From: Zancudomyces culisetae HAW-14-8
Taxonomy: Eukaryota; Fungi; Kickxellomycota
Direction of reading: 5' to 3'
Assembly: GCA_052426225.1 (NCBI GenBank)
Contig: JBNJNM010000011.1
Span: 620,001 to 684,000 of the forward strand
DNA: 64,000 nucleotides
A program made the translations under genes and the position numbers. Position 1 is the first letter of the stretch; every line of letters starts with the position of its first letter. Positions 56,449 to 64,000 of the stretch are shown piece by piece. The notes under the pieces are model-generated. The model ran no database searches. It was not told the origin of the DNA and was given only the letters and a program-made list of their open reading frames with translations.

Positions 56449-58858
56449 GTATGACTAATCCTTGTTAAACCATTGTTTTTATAATTTTTATTATTTATGT
56501 TTGAATATCTGTAGTCATTTGTTTGTTAACTTGCTTGTATGAGTAAAATAATATCAGCTCATATATGCCTTAAACTCAAAAAAACCTCCCAGATTTGCTG
56601 AACTATCTATATACCATGTATTTGCATTAGAAAAATGAATAAAATAGAATAGGCTACAAAGAATTAATTTAAAGTAAAATTGCTGGGGGATTTATATAAT
56701 CCCAGTATGGGCAAGGAAAAAACATAGCATTGGAGCCTGAAAGTTTCTAATGTATGTGTTAGTTTTGTTTCTGTAAGAATTGAAACCAAGATAAAAAGAA
56801 AAGGCTTATGGGATACTAATCTGTAGTACTACTGATGCTTAAATTAGCTCAACAAAGGTTTGGGCAAGAACTTTCCACTTCATCATGTCTCGCCTATTCG
56901 AAATATTAAATGTATAAATATAGTCATTATATCACTTAATTACTTAAATTGTAGACGATACCTCGTTGTGAAACACTATACGCTTTATGCGTTACGGCTT
57001 TTGTATCTCATTTAGCATCACTAGGCGGAGATTAACGCAATATATATTTTTTGGTTTTCAATTTTGGGTTCAGTAGCTATAATACCGAAGATGACCAATA
57101 TAAAAAACAATAATATTGCAAAAATGTCTTCATTTGGATAAAAAAATCGGGCATTGTAATATCAATCACCTTACCTCCCTACCCTCTTTCCTTCTTTAAT
57201 TTTTTCTATGTATATAGCTGATTGTCAAATATGTTCAGAAGGGTTGCAATACAGCCTATCAAGTGTAACACAACGTTAATAAAGTCATTTTTTCTTTATT
57301 CTAATTGGCTACATGAATATCCAGGTAATCAAAGTATGTTGACTGTTCATTGCTGTTTACCATACTGATGAGATATGAATACATCCAGAAATTGGAATAT
57401 GGTGAGACCATCCTTTAACTGTGGTGTCATTTTCCAATGCGTTGTGAATATACCACAATATCTCTAGTTTACCCGTTGTAAATTACTTGGAGCAAGCGAA
57501 GTACTGAATACAGGCAAAGTTATTAATAGGTATATCGTTTTTATTTTATTTTAGTGCGGATATACACTATTAGCTTCAGATTTCAAATTTATACTGAATA
57601 CTTTGTTATTTGGGGTCATACAAAGTGCTATCTCCAAACCGGAATGGATGTACAATTAAAGTGTAAACACAGCTAAGCTATCTACACAAATAGTGCCAGC
57701 TTATTTTCAAAGCAGAAATAGGTCTGAAATGCCATGTCACTGGTGGTTACAATGTTTGGTAATTTACGAAAGTGATTAATGATGCGAATTTCAACATAGT
57801 TACAAAGATGCCAAAAAGGGGCATTAATATCAAGTAAAAGCAGCCATCCAAAGCTTTTAATTGATTTACAACAAGGTTCCCCAAAAATTCCCAAGGTGTA
57901 AATGAAACTGTATCGATGCCAATCTCAACAAAATTTGGCTGGTCAAAAACAAAAAGTAAATAAGTAAACGGCTTATTTCGAAAAGTTTTTTTTTTTATAA
58001 AAAAAATCTTGACTTTTTTTGCGGCAAGGTGGGGTTGGCTATAGCGAGGTAGTCTAAATAAACATATACAGTTGTATGATGGTACCGCAACAGAGCTAAA
58101 AGCAGAAAATTTACTAAAAGTATAGGGATCACAATGTGTCTAGTTAGTGACTAGATGTAGCATTCTCTGAGAGCTAGGAGGGAATGGGCGGGGGTGGTAT
58201 AAACTTGAGCCACATCCACTTCTAGGTGGTGGGTCTGAGACCAGTTTTTTGATATACGATTTATGCTTTGTTAATTTTTTTGCTTACATTAGATAATTTA
58301 ATAAGTGATTTAGATAAAATTCATAAACTTTTAGATAATCGTGCTAATTTCTATTGACCACTATTAACCTAATAGTGGTAAAAGACCTAACCAAAAACCA
58401 TCTTCCTAATAAGGGAAATAATCCATTTGCACATAAAGCTAAATTTATAAAGTCTCGCTTTAATCGCTAATAATAGAACGCTGTTGTATTCCCTTGTTTT
58501 TTTTTTTCATCTCACCTAAACGCAAGTATATTTACGACCGTAAAATTATAACAACGAATATAGTTCAAAACCCTTTTCAAATACTCTTACATAAATAAGT
58601 TTTCTTATATCTTGCATTATTTGCATCTTGCTTTGTAGCCAATATAGGAGCAAAGTGACAGAAAGCCACAATTCAGAGAACATATTATAAAAACAATATT
58701 AAATAGACCATAAACTCGAAGGAATAGCTTGAGCTCAAGTTTAACACTCAACGTCTATCCAAGCCTTGGATCGGTTCCTCAGAACCAACTACGTAGAAAA
58801 CTAGTTAAATGAATATACGGTTGAAGTATAAATAGATAAAAAGAATAATCATAGAGCG

Positions 58859-61800
58859 ATGAAGACTAAAAAGCAAATATATATATTGATATACACTACT
58901 CTTTGTATATTCGCTACTTACAGTGTAAGTAGCGTCTATATAACACAAAACGACATCCGATCTTACGATGAAACGAATATAAATGCAAAAAACAAAGGAT
59001 ATAAAGGTTTAAACAAACGAGTGCTCATAGATACTAGCACAAAGTCGGTCAAACCAACCTTAACTTTAGGTGAAAATATATTTAACCGTGAGTTAACTGA
59101 TTTTTTATCCTCGAGTACAGTTGATACAGATAGAAATACTGAAAAAAATGCACCAAATACACTACTTGCTTCTGGGTCTGAGAGATCAGTTGTAAATGCT
59201 GCTACTGATTTTTTAAGTGACCCCCCATTCACCCCAAGTAAAGTTATTACTACCCCAGAATCTCTTTCGCGTACCTCTGTGCGCACAGAATTTACAAACC
59301 AACAACCTCTAGTTGCAAATGAAGTACCCGAAACCTTAAGAGATTTACCACCGTTTTTTCCGACATTGGGGCCACCCATTTCGGAATTTCTCACTTCTAA
59401 CTCAGCCATTCAATCATCTACTATTCTAACCGTTACAACATCATTAGATCCAGATACAAATGTATTGTCTACTTTCAGTAGTACGGTCGCAGAATCATCA
59501 CATTCCGAATTTACTGATTCTCAAGCAGAAGAATCAAAACAATCAGAAGGAGTCGAGGAACCAGCAGCATCAGAAAAACCAATCGTTCAGCAATCCAATA
59601 TTCCAACCCTTACAAAATCATTAGACACAGATACAGATGTGTTTTCTACTTTCAGCGGCACGGTTGCGGAGGAAACATTAGAATCAAGCACAATGGAAAC
59701 AGTACAGACAACTTGGACATCTAGTGATAGCTCCCTAACAACAAACCAAGATCAACTATTGGTTACATCAACAGAGTCATTAAAGGATGTAGATGCATCG
59801 CCTACCTCGTTTTCAGAACAGCAAACAAATGCTCAAAACCAAGAATTAAGTAATATAAGTCAAAGTACAGAACAAAGTACAGAACAGGCAGACAAGGAAT
59901 CTTTGTCAACATCTACTTTTTCTACCAAAATAAAAATAACGACTTTAGAAAGTCTGGTATCAGTTATTCACACATCTGGTCTTGGAGCAACCTCGGTTTG
60001 GAGGTTACCAACAACTACTCTTGAATTGACGAGCATGAGTGATTTAGAAACAATTCCAATTCTGTCAAGTACGCAAGATACTGATTCCACATTTTTGCCA
60101 ACAATATCATCCGAAAACACTTTAACTTTTTCTAAATCTGATCAGCAAGAAATAATAATATCTTTCTCAGATCCCACCTGGGACTCTACTTTAAACCCCA
60201 CTTCAGATCAACAAACCCCGTCATCTATAAACGTATCATCGAGTGTGCTACAATCAAGCACAGCGTTTACCACACATTCAGAGTCAATTTCATCAAGTGC
60301 AGAGAACATTGAAACAACAAAAACATCAGTAACATCGCTACCACTACCACTATCGACATCAGAATATGTTTCAACACCGCTGGAATTATCGTCTATAATA
60401 ACACCTAGTAGCTTTGATGAAACTAATACCACAAGTACACACTCAAGTTTTAGAGAATCCTTATCAATGTTTGAATCCACCACTCAGGAACAAAGTATAA
60501 CACCCACAACTGCAGATAGTAAATTCGATTTTATCACTACAGTAACTGTAGAGCCTAGCAGCGTCATAATTTCATCTACACCAGAAAGCGTTACATCCCT
60601 GTCTACATTTGAATCGACCACTGAGGAACAGGATACAACAACCACAGCAACAGTTGATTTCAGTAGTTTTATAACTTCATCCACGCCAGAAAGCGTTATA
60701 TCTCTGTCTACATCTGAATCATCCACACCAGAAAGCGTTACAAGAACCACAAATGCAGATAGTAAATTCGATTTTATCACTACAGTAACTGTAGAGCCTA
60801 GTAGTATCATAACTTCATCCACATCAGAAAGTGTTACATCCCTGTCTACATCCGAGTCTACCACTGAGGAAGAGGATACAACAACCACAACTGCAGATAG
60901 TAAATTCGATTTTATCACAACAATAACTGTAGAGTCTAGCAGCGTCATAACTTCATCCACACCAGAAAGCGTTACATCCCTGTCTACATCCGAGTCTATC
61001 ACTGAGGAAGAGGATACAACGTCCACAGCAACAGTTGATTTCAGTAGTATCATAACTTCATCCACACCAGAAAGCGTTACAACAACCACAAATGCAGATA
61101 GTAAATTCGATTTTATCACTACAGTAACTGTAGAGCCTAGTAGTGTCATAACTTCATCCACATCAGAAAGTGTTACATCCCTGTCTACATCCGAGTCTAC
61201 CACTGAGGAAGAGGATACAACAACCACAACTGCAGATAGTGAATTCGATTTTATCACAACAATAACTGTAGAGTCTAGCAGCGTCATAACTTCATCCACA
61301 CCAGAAAGCGTTACATCCCTGTCTACATCCGAGTCTATCACTGAGGAAGAGGATACAACGTCCACAACTGCAGATAGTAAATTCGATTTTATCACAACAA
61401 TAACTGTAGAGTCTAGCAGCGTCATAACTTCATCCACACCAGAAAGCGTTACATCCCTGTCTACATCCGAGTCTATCACTGAGGAAGAGGATACAACGTC
61501 CACAGCAACAGTTGATTTCAGTAGTATCATAACTTCATCCACACCAGAAAGCGTTACAACAACCACAAATGCAGATAGTAAATTCGATTTTATCACTACA
61601 GTAACTGTAGAGTCTAGCAGCGTCATAACTTCATCCACACCAGAAAGCGTTACATCCCTGTCTACATCCGAGTCTATCACTGAGGAAGAGGATACAACGT
61701 CCACAACTGCAGATAGTAAATTCGATTTTATCACAACAATAACTGTAGAGTCTAGCAGCATCTTAATTTCATCCGCACCAAAAATTACTAGTGAATCCGT

Positions 61801-63277
61801 GACGCAGGAAACAAATGAAACTACACTCACTTCGCCTTCTATCACAGAAACATCGACTCGATTAACGAATACCAGCACGTCAACACATGTACTATCCCCA
61901 TCAACTGAAGTTGGAACAATGATTACTACAAAACCAACTACCTCATTACTTTTGGATTCAACTACCAACCCTTCTACAAAGGTATCAAGTACAACTGAAG
62001 TTATAAGTTCAACACCATCCACGTCACTTTTTTCAATAGTGAACACTACTCAGGTATTATCTACTGATACCATCTCAACTTCAACTATGACTTCCACATC
62101 AGAGTACAACAAAAGCAGTTCCACTAGCTTTCTACTATCAATTTCAAGCATCAGCTTGGGCACACTAAGCACTGAGAATACATCATTATCTGCTTCAACT
62201 TCGCAGAGCGAACCCACACTTACACTTACTTCTACGCCTACATTATCTACGTCTACATTATCTACGCCTACATTATCTACGCCTACACTATCTACACTTA
62301 CACCTTCATCTACACTTACATCATCTACACCCACACCTTCATCCACAATCACATCTACACCCACACCTTCATCCACAATCACATCTACAACCACACCTTC
62401 ATCCACAATCACATCTACAACCACATCTACATTCCCCACCTCAGTAGTGGCGTTTGAAGTACCATCAAGTGCATCTACATTCATGACGCTCCCACCAGTA
62501 CCGACTTCCGTTAACTTCAGTGCTTTAACACACGTTACCAGTACTGAAGTGTGGATTGACACCAGTGTGTTGTCGTCGATTTCTCAGGAAACCAACACTA
62601 CAGTTGATGTAGCCAGTTTGGTTCCCCCTATTCTGAATACTGAATACAACCCATGTAACGGCGTATGTCTTCAACTTACGCTAAGAATCAAAGTTCCATT
62701 TGTCAACTTCTTGAAGGGAAATAGCAATATATATGCTCAACAACTATTCCGTTTTCTTCCAAATGATATTTCTCATGCATTGGACCTTGCTGATTCCAGC
62801 AGAGTCAACATTGCCAGTATTTCTGGTTTGTCTTCACCATCTTTAGACAAGAGAGTGCTCATCTTAAACAAACGTGATGACTTGGATCCAAATGCATCTT
62901 TGAATTCTATATCATATATCAACTTGGAAATTAAACCTGACACAAGTCTTTACAATCCTCTACTGGAGTTGAAAAAAATCGAAAAATCACTCAATGCGCT
63001 TTTACAAAACCCAGAAAGCCGACTGTACACAGAAACCGAGTGGACCAGACTCCTCGACCCATCATTTTCCCAACCTGTAGATAACCCAGCCTTAAAGGTA
63101 GTGGTTGATCATTCAGATCCAATTCCCAACGATATATCTACTTTGGTTTCACCACATACAGGAAATACTAGCATTCTGGCAATGAGTCTGGGTCTGTTGT
63201 TTTCACTTCTCTCATACTCTGCTATAACTGTTTTATGGATGAAAAAGAGGATGAACAAGCTCTATTTTACTTTCTAG
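58859..63277 (+). CDS. Msb2/Hkr1-like signalling mucin (signal peptide, Ser/Thr repeats, HMH-like domain, one TM)
   Basis: 1472-aa ORF; juxtamembrane LQLTLRIKVPFVNF..AQQLFRFLPNDI..LQNPESRLY..LLDPSF resembles the Msb2/Hkr1 HMH domain, followed by TM ILAMSLGLLFSLLSYSAITVLW. Confidence 0.75.
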   Translation: MKTKKQIYILIYTTLCIFATYSVSSVYITQNDIRSYDETNINAKNKGYKGLNKRVLIDTSTKSVKPTLTLGENIFNRELTDFLSSSTVDTDRNTEKNAPNTLLASGSERSVVNAATDFLSDPPFTPSKVITTPESLSRTSVRTEFTNQQPLVANEVPETLRDLPPFFPTLGPPISEFLTSNSAIQSSTILTVTTSLDPDTNVLSTFSSTVAESSHSEFTDSQAEESKQSEGVEEPAASEKPIVQQSNIPTLTKSLDTDTDVFSTFSGTVAEETLESSTMETVQTTWTSSDSSLTTNQDQLLVTSTESLKDVDASPTSFSEQQTNAQNQELSNISQSTEQSTEQADKESLSTSTFSTKIKITTLESLVSVIHTSGLGATSVWRLPTTTLELTSMSDLETIPILSSTQDTDSTFLPTISSENTLTFSKSDQQEIIISFSDPTWDSTLNPTSDQQTPSSINVSSSVLQSSTAFTTHSESISSSAENIETTKTSVTSLPLPLSTSEYVSTPLELSSIITPSSFDETNTTSTHSSFRESLSMFESTTQEQSITPTTADSKFDFITTVTVEPSSVIISSTPESVTSLSTFESTTEEQDTTTTATVDFSSFITSSTPESVISLSTSESSTPESVTRTTNADSKFDFITTVTVEPSSIITSSTSESVTSLSTSESTTEEEDTTTTTADSKFDFITTITVESSSVITSSTPESVTSLSTSESITEEEDTTSTATVDFSSIITSSTPESVTTTTNADSKFDFITTVTVEPSSVITSSTSESVTSLSTSESTTEEEDTTTTTADSEFDFITTITVESSSVITSSTPESVTSLSTSESITEEEDTTSTTADSKFDFITTITVESSSVITSSTPESVTSLSTSESITEEEDTTSTATVDFSSIITSSTPESVTTTTNADSKFDFITTVTVESSSVITSSTPESVTSLSTSESITEEEDTTSTTADSKFDFITTITVESSSILISSAPKITSESVTQETNETTLTSPSITETSTRLTNTSTSTHVLSPSTEVGTMITTKPTTSLLLDSTTNPSTKVSSTTEVISSTPSTSLFSIVNTTQVLSTDTISTSTMTSTSEYNKSSSTSFLLSISSISLGTLSTENTSLSASTSQSEPTLTLTSTPTLSTSTLSTPTLSTPTLSTLTPSSTLTSSTPTPSSTITSTPTPSSTITSTTTPSSTITSTTTSTFPTSVVAFEVPSSASTFMTLPPVPTSVNFSALTHVTSTEVWIDTSVLSSISQETNTTVDVASLVPPILNTEYNPCNGVCLQLTLRIKVPFVNFLKGNSNIYAQQLFRFLPNDISHALDLADSSRVNIASISGLSSPSLDKRVLILNKRDDLDPNASLNSISYINLEIKPDTSLYNPLLELKKIEKSLNALLQNPESRLYTETEWTRLLDPSFSQPVDNPALKVVVDHSDPIPNDISTLVSPHTGNTSILAMSLGLLFSLLSYSAITVLWMKKRMNKLYFTF
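60505..61760 (+). repeat. Higher-order coding tandem repeat, 8 copies anchored on ADSKFDF
   Basis: gcagatagt anchors at 60512, 60755, 60893, 61094, 61232, 61370, 61571 and 61709; spacings 243, 138, 201, 138, 138, 201 and 138 bp. Confidence 0.95.
62225..62430 (+). repeat. Short coding repeats (15-bp STPTL; 30-bp STPTPSSTIT)
   Basis: tctacgcctacatta and acatctacacccacaccttcatccacaatc tandem units. Confidence 0.85.
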
Positions 63278-64000
63278 GGCTAATTTTGAATCTGTAGGTT
63301 AATGTCCACATTCCATATAGGCGAATGCGGATTTGTAACTGCATATGTATTTTTTTCAATCTCTCATTCCTCTCCACTCCCTCACTCCTTCACTCCCTCT
63401 CCCAACTTTTTCTGCATTTATTATCCCCACGTTTCAAAATACCATTATTCCCTCAGTGTCATTAACCAGAAACTTACTTTTTTTTAAAAAAAAAGGTATT
63501 TGATGTACGCCTTATGTGCATTCTATTTTATAACGTGCCACATTTTAGGTCAGTCGCAGGTCGATTTTATCATAAAATGAACAAAATGGCAAGAGCTGGC
63601 TCATACCTAACAAAAGTTAGCTGGTTATTATTTTTTTAAACTTATTTCTCTTTTTTACTTGGACATGTTTTTCTTCCACTTTTACTTGCAACAACTTCCG
63701 CACAATAAACAAAAGATTTCAATATCACTACACCCTGTTCCCAGTTGGTGATCTTTTAAACTTGGCGCGAAAACTTTTACTACATGTTTTTTGTTTGATC
63801 CTAGTAAACAGCCGACCCAAGAGTATTGATAGCAATGTAAGTCTTCCGCTTAGCGTTGACTTGACGTAATAATATCACGGCATCTGGTAGTATAAATGTT
63901 GCCAAAGTATAGTGTACTTCACCATAGCATGATCGAATGTGCTGTAGCTACAAAGTGCGCGAGTGTAGAGCTTGAGTATTTTACATTTTCGATAACAAAA

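Noticed and set aside
57160-57185. CCTTACCT resembling the U1 snRNA 5' end
   Set aside because: Match is too short; no U1 stem-loops or Sm site recognised.
58963-62562. Long Val/Asp-rich antisense ORFs (up to 520 aa)
   Set aside because: Reverse-strand shadows of the Ser/Thr mucin repeats.
1-64000. Intact transposon or biosynthetic gene cluster
   Set aside because: No transposase, RT or integrase motifs, LTRs or TIRs recognised; the TF, P450 and MFS genes are interspersed with housekeeping genes and there is no backbone synthase.

Overview
AT-rich eukaryotic (fungal) genomic DNA with short GT-AG spliceosomal introns. It is not prokaryotic: no operons, CRISPR arrays, rRNA or convincing tRNA were seen. 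Gene content (Fungal_trans-domain protein and Msb2-like mucin, together with FIBP and RNF121 homologues that I know mainly from animals) and low-complexity insertions suggest an early-diverging fungus, possibly Harpellales/Kickxellomycotina; this is inference only. About 17 protein-coding loci were reconstructed by hand, several of them across introns that the ORF track misses: SNIP1/Pml1, REX3/REXO1-like exonuclease, a secreted Tyr-Pro-Thr repeat protein, coatomer delta, FIBP-like, Ima1-like, Fungal_trans factor, atypical cytochrome P450, an orphan HIRA C-terminal module, mitochondrial SerRS, SDH1, eIF3g, RNF121-like RING-H2, a ~1,140-codon orphan gene interrupted by one in-frame TAG, a PY-motif membrane protein, an MCT-type MFS transporter and an Msb2/Hkr1-like mucin. 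The most notable oddities are the stand-alone HIRA tail, the single in-frame TAG, the glue-like secreted repeat protein, the P450 lacking the catalytic Thr motif, and kb-scale G/C strand-skew domains that flip inside genes. All family assignments come from motif recall, not database searches.
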